From Pyrodictium abyssi (lineage in GTDB: Archaea; Thermoproteota; Thermoprotei_A; Sulfolobales; Pyrodictiaceae), in NCBI RefSeq assembly GCF_036323395.1, contig NZ_AP028907.1, forward strand, positions 1,800,001-1,832,000: 32,000 nucleotides of DNA, given 5' to 3'. The position numbers and the translations under genes were made by a program. This document shows, piece after piece, positions 25,419-32,000 of this stretch. Every line of letters begins with the position of its first letter. Position 1 is the first letter of the stretch. The notes under the pieces were generated by a model that saw nothing but the letters and a program-made list of their open reading frames with translations, did not search any database and was not told the DNA's origin.

Positions 25419-26966
25419 GTGCCTATCGCGCTTCCACGAGTAGCAGAAGAGGTCGGCATAGTACTCAGCGGCGCGAGCGCCTCCATGGCGCCGATAGCGC
25501 TCCGCCGTGACCGCGAGCTACGCGTCCTAGAGGAGGACCTCGTCCTCCTGGTTGACCCCCGCCTGGAGAACTACTACATGCTGGGCGTAGTGCGCTGGAT
25601 TACACGGTATGAGCCGTTCCTCCGCCGCAATATACACAACATATACGTCGAGCATCCGGACGCCCTCGACACCGAGGTAGTTATGCCGTTCTCAAACGCG
25701 TACGTCGAGATATACGCCGGCATATGCGACGGAAGCCCGGTCTGCGATGGCGCCCGGGGGCTCGTCAACAACGTCTATGCGCCGACACCAGGCAGCAAGG
25801 TCTTCAAGCTGGTTGATGCAAAGCCCCTCACAGACTACCTAACAGTATCAAGGCCCATAACTATAGGCGTGCACCGGTATAGCAAGTGGCGCCTACCACT
25901 TGACACCGAGTGGCTAAACTACCATGTGGGCGTCTTCGGCGCCACCGGTACGGGGAAGAGCAGGCTAATCCTCCGCATGATGAAGGAGCTGGTGGAGAAG
26001 GGCTATAGCCTGATAGTATTCGACCACAGTGGCGTAGACTACGCGCCCTTCGTCAGCCGGCTCGGCGGCACCGTAGTAAGGGCCTCGGAGATAAGGATAG
26101 AGCCACAAATACTCGCCTCTATAATATCCCGGCTGACCGGGGTCCAGAGTCAGCAGCGCGATGCTGTAGAGATAGCAGCAATGTGCTACGCCATGAGCGT
26201 CTACAGCAGCAACGGTGGAGGAGAGCGGTACAAGAGCGAAGAGTGCAACGAGATACTAGGCCACCGAACTAGGCAGCAAGGCCTAGCCCGGTACACCGGC
26301 GAGAAGCAGCCCAGCGCGCGCGACGAGTTCCTAGAGCTCCTCAAAACCGTGGCTACGAGGCTCAACATGCGCCCGGCTAGTATACTCAAGCTGAGGCTCC
26401 TGACCCGCCTATCTGTTCCCGAGCACGTGTTCGAGGGCCTCAAAGCGCGCAGGCTCGAACCCCTAGACGTGGTGGATACCGCGCTCCGCGAGAGGCTAGT
26501 AGTGGTAGACATGAGCGACGAGCAGGACATAGAAGTTAAGCGTGGCATACTAGCATCGATAGCCAACGCTGCGTGGGAGAAGATAGGCAGGGAGAGGAGC
26601 CCCCTCGGCCTCGGCCTCGTTGTAGACGAGGCGCAGAACTACGCATGCGAGTACTGCGGCGAGGCCGGCCGGGCCCTCGAGACCATAGCCAGGGAGGGCA
26701 GGAAGTGGAAGTACTTCATAATAGTTGCTAGCCAGCGTATAGCACGCGACATAAGGCCTGGTGTCCGGAGCAACCTAGGCACCGTGTTCTTCTCCAAGCT
26801 GCAGTCTACCGGCGACCTACAGGAGCTCGCCGGCTACCTCGACCTCGGCCGGGTGACCGAGGCGAGCCTAGCCATGCTCGGGCGCCGCGAATTCTACGTA
26901 GCAGGCTTGATGAACCCGCTACGCAGACCACTGCTCATGTACATAGATAGCGTCGACGGGGGCTAG
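25419..26966 (+). CDS. herA: HerA-like (FtsK-HerA superfamily, DUF87) hexameric ATPase/helicase.
   Basis: N-terminal barrel-like domain, Walker A GVFGATGTGKS, helical insert, Walker B LVVDEAQNY and EGRKWKYFIIVASQR. Confidence 0.85.
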   Translation: MPIALPRVAEEVGIVLSGASASMAPIALRRDRELRVLEEDLVLLVDPRLENYYMLGVVRWITRYEPFLRRNIHNIYVEHPDALDTEVVMPFSNAYVEIYAGICDGSPVCDGARGLVNNVYAPTPGSKVFKLVDAKPLTDYLTVSRPITIGVHRYSKWRLPLDTEWLNYHVGVFGATGTGKSRLILRMMKELVEKGYSLIVFDHSGVDYAPFVSRLGGTVVRASEIRIEPQILASIISRLTGVQSQQRDAVEIAAMCYAMSVYSSNGGGERYKSEECNEILGHRTRQQGLARYTGEKQPSARDEFLELLKTVATRLNMRPASILKLRLLTRLSVPEHVFEGLKARRLEPLDVVDTALRERLVVVDMSDEQDIEVKRGILASIANAAWEKIGRERSPLGLGLVVDEAQNYACEYCGEAGRALETIAREGRKWKYFIIVASQRIARDIRPGVRSNLGTVFFSKLQSTGDLQELAGYLDLGRVTEASLAMLGRREFYVAGLMNPLRRPLLMYIDSVDGG

Positions 26967-28198
26967 CGCCTGCCGCGGCGGGGCTCGTAGACGTAGCGCT
27001 TCTCAGGGTTCGTGTGGCCGAGTAGCACCAGTGCTCCGGAGCCGCCCAGCGCCTCCAGCATCTCCGCCAGGTGGCCTATTATCCTTCTCCTTAGGAGCTC
27101 GAGCATCCTGGACTCGAGCCGGGTATACTCGTCCACCAGGTCTATGGGGTAGGGGAGCCCCGTAGCTGGGTTCGTAAGCTTATTGAGCATTGATAGTATG
27201 TTCTCCAGGCCCAGCCCACCATAGTCTATTATCTCTACGCGTACCGCCTGCTGGCTCGGATGTGCCAGGGAGGGCTTATAGAACGCCACTGTTACCCGGC
27301 CGTACTCTCTACGGGCCCGGAGCCTCTCCTCCACTATGCCCCTGTACTTCCCGGGCTCAGCGCTCTTCTCCACAGCTATTATCTCGGCGTAGCGGGGGAG
27401 AAGCTCCTCGAAGGAGCCCAGGACGAGGTACTCCCCGCTGCCCAGTAGTAGGCTCATAACCGCCTTATCGTTAAGGCTTAGGCGGCGGCCTAGCCGGGCA
27501 CCCAGGAGCCGGGAGTAGCTCCGCTTAACCACGCCGACGAGTGTTAGGCCTAGGCGCCGGGCTCTCTCGAGCAGCTGGGCCATAGACTCGTCTAGCTTCG
27601 CCAGCAGCCGGCTCCGGGAGACCGCCTTCTGGCTCTTGAAGAGCAGCTGGTACGGCACCAGCTCGCCGTCGAACAGCAGAAGCCGCGCATCCATCGAGCC
27701 CTGCTCGACGTAGCCTAGGACGCGGTGCGCCACAGCCTTCTCGACCAGCTTCGCGTAGACCGGGAGCAGCCGGCGCGTATCCTCGCTGTCCACGAACCGT
27801 GCACGCGCGTACACGTCGTAGGGCCTCACGCCCCGCGTCCGGAGCCCGCCGAACCCCACGTAGCCCGCTACAACGGCCACCAGGTGGCCTCCGACCAGGT
27901 CCATACCACCGTCCAGGGGAAACGTCGAGTCTATCGCCACGCCCGGCAGCGGCTTCGCTGCAGCCAGCCTCCCCCGGGGCAGCCGCTCTAGCGCCTCACG
28001 CAGCCCCTCGACGCCGTAGTACTCCTCGCGGAACCCGAGTATCTTGCCAGCGATCTGCTCGGCAAGCCACTGACTAGTCTCCAGTAGGCTCTGAACCGCC
28101 GGCGTCAGCTCGATCTCTTCCTCCTCCTCGAACACGCCCGGCGCATCGGGCCTATAGCCCGGCTCAAGACCCTCTATGGGCCACGCCATTGCTCCCAC
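26963..28198 (-). CDS. nurA: NurA-like nuclease. The start is the GTG at 28198 or the ATG at 28189.
   Basis: NurA-type acidic motifs VAIDSTFPLDGG, LLFDGELVP and LVGVVKRS. It is convergent with the herA-like gene, and the two share a CTAG stop overlap. Confidence 0.7.
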   Translation of the reverse strand: MGAMAWPIEGLEPGYRPDAPGVFEEEEEIELTPAVQSLLETSQWLAEQIAGKILGFREEYYGVEGLREALERLPRGRLAAAKPLPGVAIDSTFPLDGGMDLVGGHLVAVVAGYVGFGGLRTRGVRPYDVYARARFVDSEDTRRLLPVYAKLVEKAVAHRVLGYVEQGSMDARLLLFDGELVPYQLLFKSQKAVSRSRLLAKLDESMAQLLERARRLGLTLVGVVKRSYSRLLGARLGRRLSLNDKAVMSLLLGSGEYLVLGSFEELLPRYAEIIAVEKSAEPGKYRGIVEERLRARREYGRVTVAFYKPSLAHPSQQAVRVEIIDYGGLGLENILSMLNKLTNPATGLPYPIDLVDEYTRLESRMLELLRRRIIGHLAEMLEALGGSGALVLLGHTNPEKRYVYEPRRGRR

Positions 28199-28212
28199 AC
28201 GTCTCCTACACT

Positions 28213-28234
28213 AGGTACTAGAACGGTAGTACCT
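28213..28234. promoter_or_regulatory. Perfect 8-bp inverted repeat AGGTACTA-N6-TAGTACCT in the nurA-like / MFS-like divergent promoter.
   Basis: Checked base by base. It lies 15-36 nt upstream of the nurA-like start, between a TATA-like TATTCAA (minus strand, about 28235-28242) and the start codon. Confidence 0.45.
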
Positions 28235-28314
28235 TGAATACCCGCTGAGGCCACGGATGCGGCGGCCGCCCAACGTTAGGCGCTCCCAGGCGACGCCGAG
28301 AGAGTGGTGCGTCA

Positions 28315-29454
28315 ATGAACCGTACAACGCTTCTGGCAGTACTGCAGGTACTACACGTGTCAAGCTGGAGCGCATACTACGTGCTTACCAGGAAGCTCTA
28401 CAACAATAACCCAGAGTTCCTGGTTATGCTTGCTGCCGCCGAGACGTTACCCACTGCTGCCGGTGTTTTAGGCGCCATAATTGCCGAGAAAAGGGGCTAT
28501 CACGCTGCACTCGCAATGGGAGTACTTGAGGGCTTGTTTCTAGCCATGGTAGGCGTATTCATAGACCAGCCTATGATGCTGTGGGCTAACGCGTTACTGG
28601 CGAGCCTCTTCTGGTCGACATCGGGGCCGCAGATCCTCGGCTACGCGATGACTCTATCGGGTGGCAGCGGCACCGTACTAGGCATAGTCCTCGCGGGCAG
28701 CACGCTTGGATGGAGTATTGGAGGCGCACTGGCACCCATAGTCTCAGACGCTATTGGGCCTGGCCGCGTCATGCTCATCGCTGGCATATCTACCATGATA
28801 GTCTACTTGACCCTCATACTATTCTTTAACAATCTGAAGCCGGGCGAAGAGGAGCGAGGGCATAGATGGATACCCATGATACTCGCCACAGTACTGCTTG
28901 CCAGCCTAGTGTTCACGGGAACGGAGATAATAGGCTCACTCTACATGGCCAAGCTCAGCATAGAAGCTGGTAGCAGCACTGGCTATGCAGCTGCTAACAC
29001 TGCTACCGGGTTAATAGCCACAGTTGTTAGACCGGGCGTGGGCTCTATAGTAGACCGTGCCGGGGAAGGCCTAGTACTTGTAGCCGGCCTAGCAGCGTAT
29101 ACCGTGTACACGGCGCTTCTCTCTTCGCTCCACGGCTTAGCATTCATACTAGTCTGGCTATTACCGGTGTACCCGTTTGTAGATACTAGCCTCTACAAGC
29201 TCGCTGCGAGACTCCTCGGCGACGCCATGGGCTCTGCCGCGGTATCGTCAAGCTATAGCGTGACCGGCCTGATACTGCTTGCCGCTGCCCAGATGGAGCT
29301 AGGGGAGAAGGGCTACACCTTGCTCGCCGTAGCAGCATTCCAACTAGCTCTAGTAATCTCTGTGATACTGTCTAGGATAAGCACCCGGCACCCGCCCCGC
29401 GGAAGAGTTTATCTTATTAGCGGGGGCTGCACGCGCAAGCTCGGGGGACGCTAG
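28315..29454 (+). CDS. MFS-like polytopic transporter.
   Basis: It has 10-12 hydrophobic segments. The C-terminal roughly 25 aa are basic and non-hydrophobic. Confidence 0.65.
   Translation: MNRTTLLAVLQVLHVSSWSAYYVLTRKLYNNNPEFLVMLAAAETLPTAAGVLGAIIAEKRGYHAALAMGVLEGLFLAMVGVFIDQPMMLWANALLASLFWSTSGPQILGYAMTLSGGSGTVLGIVLAGSTLGWSIGGALAPIVSDAIGPGRVMLIAGISTMIVYLTLILFFNNLKPGEEERGHRWIPMILATVLLASLVFTGTEIIGSLYMAKLSIEAGSSTGYAAANTATGLIATVVRPGVGSIVDRAGEGLVLVAGLAAYTVYTALLSSLHGLAFILVWLLPVYPFVDTSLYKLAARLLGDAMGSAAVSSSYSVTGLILLAAAQMELGEKGYTLLAVAAFQLALVISVILSRISTRHPPRGRVYLISGGCTRKLGGR
29408..29419 (+). promoter_or_regulatory. TATA-like TTTATCTTATTA, probably the promoter of rpl40e, embedded in the 3' end of the MFS-like ORF.
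   Basis: It lies 37-48 nt upstream of the ATG at 29456 and is the strongest AT box in the vicinity. Confidence 0.4.
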
Positions 29455-29455
29455 C

Positions 29456-29629
29456 ATGGCTGGCCCACGCGACCCAGAAGTCATGAAGATAATCTACCAG
29501 CGTGTACTCAACAAAATGGTATGCAGGAAGTGTGGTGCCCTGAATCCGCCTGGGGCTAAGAAGTGCAGGCGCTGTAAGAGTAAGAACCTTAGGCCTAAGC
29601 GCGTGCTAGCTGGCATGAAGAAGGGCTAA
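29456..29629 (+). CDS. rpl40e: 50S ribosomal protein L40e.
   Basis: My own translation, 57 aa, missed by the ORF track: [57 protein letters not shown]. It has the C4 zinc ribbon CRKCG...CRRC and the basic tail typical of L40e. Confidence 0.9.
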   Translation: MAGPRDPEVMKIIYQRVLNKMVCRKCGALNPPGAKKCRRCKSKNLRPKRVLAGMKKG

Positions 29630-29638
29630 CCCTAGGGT

Positions 29639-30061
29639 CTAGCTGCTCTCCTTCTCTTTCTCGTGGCTCTCTGTTTCTTCCTCTATGCGTGTTCTCTCGA
29701 GCACTCTCCGGGCGCCGTCCACTACGTAGAGTATTGCTTCGCGGAGCTTACGCGCGTCGTCCACGTACTCTCCGGGTAGGTCGTAGACGACTGTTATGAA
29801 GCCCTCGTAGTCCAGCGCGTACTTGTACGTGGTGCTGGTGAAGTTCTCCTCTAGGAGTATGCGTAGGCCCTCCTTGGTGGGCTCAACGTCTAGGGGCGCG
29901 GCTACCCGTAGTACCTGGGTGTCACGGTCGTACATTATGGCTATGCCTATTGGCTCGCCGCGCCGGTCACGGTACTCAACTACTATGCTTCCGTGGGCGC
30001 GGCTGTAGGGTAGGCCGAGGACCCTAACGTATACTTCTACATCAGATATGTCTGATACCAT
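29639..30061 (-). CDS. Hypothetical protein, 140 aa, with an acidic tail.
   Basis: ORF track. The composition is globular and alpha/beta-like. Family not recognised. Confidence 0.55.
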   Translation of the reverse strand: MVSDISDVEVYVRVLGLPYSRAHGSIVVEYRDRRGEPIGIAIMYDRDTQVLRVAAPLDVEPTKEGLRILLEENFTSTTYKYALDYEGFITVVYDLPGEYVDDARKLREAILYVVDGARRVLERTRIEEETESHEKEKESS

Positions 30062-30178
30062 ACCGTGACACCCTTTGTTGCCCGGAGGCTGCCTCGGAGG
30101 GGCGTATAGGGGTTCTCTCGCCCCCGGGGTATCCGTCGGGCTGCCGGGATAGTTGTGTGTCCCTGTGTTCTGCTGAGT

Positions 30179-31246
30179 CTATGTTATGGGTTGGGGCTGT
30201 AGCCCGCGGCTCCGGAGGAGGTTCTCTACTATCCGGACGGCTTCGCTGAACGCCCTCTCTAGGCTAGCCCGGACGGACGCACCTGCTGCCTGGGCGTGGC
30301 CTCCCCCGCCGCCACCCAGGCTCCGGCCTAGCTGCTCCATTATGTCGCGGCCTAGGTGGATACCGAGCTTCTCTACGATGCTTTTCCTGGCCCTGCCTAC
30401 CACACGGGTCTCTGACCCCCGCTCGGAGACTACTATCACGAGGTCGGCGCCGAGGTCTAGCAGAGCACGGGCCACGCTAGACTCGTAGGCACCTACGTGT
30501 GTGAAGGCTACTATGTAGTCGCCTGCGCGCACGCAGTGCATCCTCTTGGCGCCCTTTATACGGGCTATGCGCTCCGGGGGCTCCATGGGCGGCGACTGTA
30601 GCGCTTTGAGGACGCGTTCGAGGCTTGCACCCTGCTCTAGGAGCTCGGAGGCTATCCGGAGAGTCCGGGCGTTGGAGAGTATGAAGTGTCTTGTATCGTA
30701 GACTATTCCCGCCAGGAGTAGCTCTAGCGCCTTCTTGTCGAGCTCGAGGCCTAGGACGTGGGTTGCCATGAGGTAGACGAGTTCGGAGGTGGCGCGCGCT
30801 GTAGCGTCGTGGATGGCCACCTTGGCGCGCTCTACTAGCTTGTTGGACGAGTGATGGTCTATAACCACGAGGAGCACGTTGAGCGCGAAGTTTGACAGCT
30901 CTCCCAGCTGCTCAGGCGAGGCGGTGTCAACTACTACTGCCATGGCTGATTCTTCTGGTGCCTCGTCCTCGACGTCTCCAGGCTCCTTGCCTATTATCTC
31001 GCGTACTAGCCTCTTGCTTGCCTGGCTCAGCCCCTCGGGGAAAACCAGCCTAGCATCGTAGCCTTCTGCACGCAGTATCTCCCGGACCACGTAGGCGGAC
31101 GCCAGTGCGTCGGGGTCGGCGTTACGGTGGCCCATTACTACTATGGGGGTCCCGGCAGAGTCAGCTAGCTCTAGCATCTCCCTCGTCTTCTCTCTCAGCC
31201 ACTCTGGCACGTAGCCGCTCTTCGAGCCACCTTGCTGCCTCGTCAA
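30179..31246 (-). CDS. DHH/DHHA1 family phosphoesterase (NrnA/RecJ-like). The start is probably downstream (GTG at 31210 or ATG at 31177).
   Basis: Motif I GHRNADPDALAS, motif II VVVDTAS, motif III VIDHHS, and the DHHA1 motif GGGGGGH. Confidence 0.85.
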   Translation of the reverse strand: MTRQQGGSKSGYVPEWLREKTREMLELADSAGTPIVVMGHRNADPDALASAYVVREILRAEGYDARLVFPEGLSQASKRLVREIIGKEPGDVEDEAPEESAMAVVVDTASPEQLGELSNFALNVLLVVIDHHSSNKLVERAKVAIHDATARATSELVYLMATHVLGLELDKKALELLLAGIVYDTRHFILSNARTLRIASELLEQGASLERVLKALQSPPMEPPERIARIKGAKRMHCVRAGDYIVAFTHVGAYESSVARALLDLGADLVIVVSERGSETRVVGRARKSIVEKLGIHLGRDIMEQLGRSLGGGGGGHAQAAGASVRASLERAFSEAVRIVENLLRSRGLQPQPIT

Positions 31247-31502
31247 TAGCCTCAGCCACTACCTCGTCGTAGGATAAGGGGGCTATCAGCCTACCCGTAA
31301 CCCTGACGTCTATGTATACCCGCAGGCTCCTCCCGTCTGGGCTTAGCTCGCCCTCTACTATTATGTCGAGTTCTTCGAGGCGCCGGCGTAGGATCTTCTC
31401 CAGGCGTGTAGATACTATCTTCTCTACGCTGGCTAGCAGCTCCTCGAGTTCTTCAGGGGTTAGAGGCTTTGCGTCCAAGCCGACGTTTACTACACGCGGC
31501 AT
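31161..31502 (-). CDS. Small acidic hypothetical protein, 113 aa, between prefoldin beta and the DHH phosphoesterase.
   Basis: ORF track. In-frame TGA TGA lies just upstream of the ATG. Family not recognised with confidence. Confidence 0.55.
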   Translation of the reverse strand: MPRVVNVGLDAKPLTPEELEELLASVEKIVSTRLEKILRRRLEELDIIVEGELSPDGRSLRVYIDVRVTGRLIAPLSYDEVVAEAIDEAARWLEERLRARVAEREDEGDARAS

Positions 31503-31673
31503 ACCTGGGCACAGCCCCGGTAGACTGCGTCTTCATCATCCAAGACGTACGTCGCGGCCAGCCTATCGGCGGGGCAGCTATGCGTGGTAGACGCCTAGGC
31601 CCGGGCCACGCGTTGGTAGCTGGCAGCAAGCCTCAAAGGTTGAGCGATTCAACGCATGGCCGGCTCGCAGTGT

Positions 31674-31678
31674 AAAAA
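31674..31678 (-). terminator. T5 run (minus strand) about 29 nt after the prefoldin beta stop.
   Basis: The plus strand reads GTGTAAAAACAGG. Confidence 0.4.
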
Positions 31679-31706
31679 CAGGCAAGCCTCCTCGGCGTCT
31701 GCGGGG

Positions 31707-32000
31707 CTAGCCTCCCGCGCCTCCCTGTTTACCTAGCGTGAGCCGCGTCTGCAGCTGCTTAATCTCCTGGGCGAGCTTGTCGAGCTGTTTCTTGATCTCG
31801 TCCTCCTGCTTCTTAAGCTTCTGGAGCCTTAGCTCGAGTATCTCTAGCCTATCCTTGAGCTCCTGGACCACCTTGCCGCGGTCCACGCGTACGAGTATGT
31901 TGGCCTCCATGCGGTATACCGGGGCGTCTTCCCCGGCTTCCTCTAGGAGCTTTAGGACCTTCTGCGTCTCAGCTATCTCGCTCTCAACCGCTACACGCTC
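31707..32000 (-). CDS. pfdB: Prefoldin beta subunit. The 5' end runs off the window.
   Basis: The frame stays open upstream of the track's ATG: ERVAVESEIAETQKVLKLLEEAGEDAPVYRMEANILVRVDRGKVVQELKDRLEILELRLQKLKKQEDEIKKQLDKLAQEIKQLQ. This is the typical coiled coil / beta hairpin / coiled coil layout of prefoldin beta. Confidence 0.85.
   Translation of the reverse strand, partial: ERVAVESEIAETQKVLKLLEEAGEDAPVYRMEANILVRVDRGKVVQELKDRLEILELRLQKLKKQEDEIKKQLDKLAQEIKQLQTRLTLGKQGGAGG

Noticed and set aside
31531-31540. A C-box-like GAUGAUGA on the minus strand, suggesting a C/D box sRNA.
   Set aside because: There is no CUGA D or D' box within the next roughly 70 nt, and no terminal stem. The element sits where the TATA box of the next gene is expected.

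Overview
This is a dense, GC-rich (about 60% by eye) archaeal chromosomal segment with about 35 protein genes on both strands. Many neighbouring genes overlap by 4-20 nt. GTG/TTG starts are frequent, AGG and ATA codons are common, TATA-like boxes sit about 25-40 nt upstream of starts, and terminators are oligo-T. Together with the gene content (TmcA, GatA, a ThiS-like/TtuA pair, archaemetzincin, L40e, prefoldin beta, HerA/NurA), this suggests a hyperthermophilic crenarchaeon (Thermoproteota, Desulfurococcales-like). That placement is an inference. The content is mainly housekeeping genes plus transporters: an ABC-2 operon, a DUF1646-like membrane protein, a CDF-like protein, a P-type ATPase, an MFS-like protein and a small export protein. 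I saw no rRNA, tRNA, CRISPR array, transposase or integrase. All family calls come from motif recognition by eye, with no database search. The items most worth a second look are: (1) a stand-alone, convergently overlapping HerA-like/NurA-like pair without mre11/rad50, with a perfect palindrome in the nurA-like promoter; (2) a 258-nt, roughly 75% GC, non-coding and highly self-complementary spacer upstream of the ABC operon, which could be an sRNA or a structured leader; (3) a cluster of GGCTCAGG/GGGCTCA motifs in the long divergent promoter upstream of the tRNA-thiolation operon; (4) a ThiS-like/TtuA operon that appears to carry a third, uncharacterised Cys-containing gene, whose 3' third is overprinted antisense by a roughly 61-codon Arg/Ser-rich tail on the CDF-like gene; (5) an orphan ABC/SMC-type ATPase with degenerate catalytic motifs, a repeat-decorated promoter and two strong downstream hairpins. 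I cannot show that any of these is a new system, so the region may be ordinary core genome.
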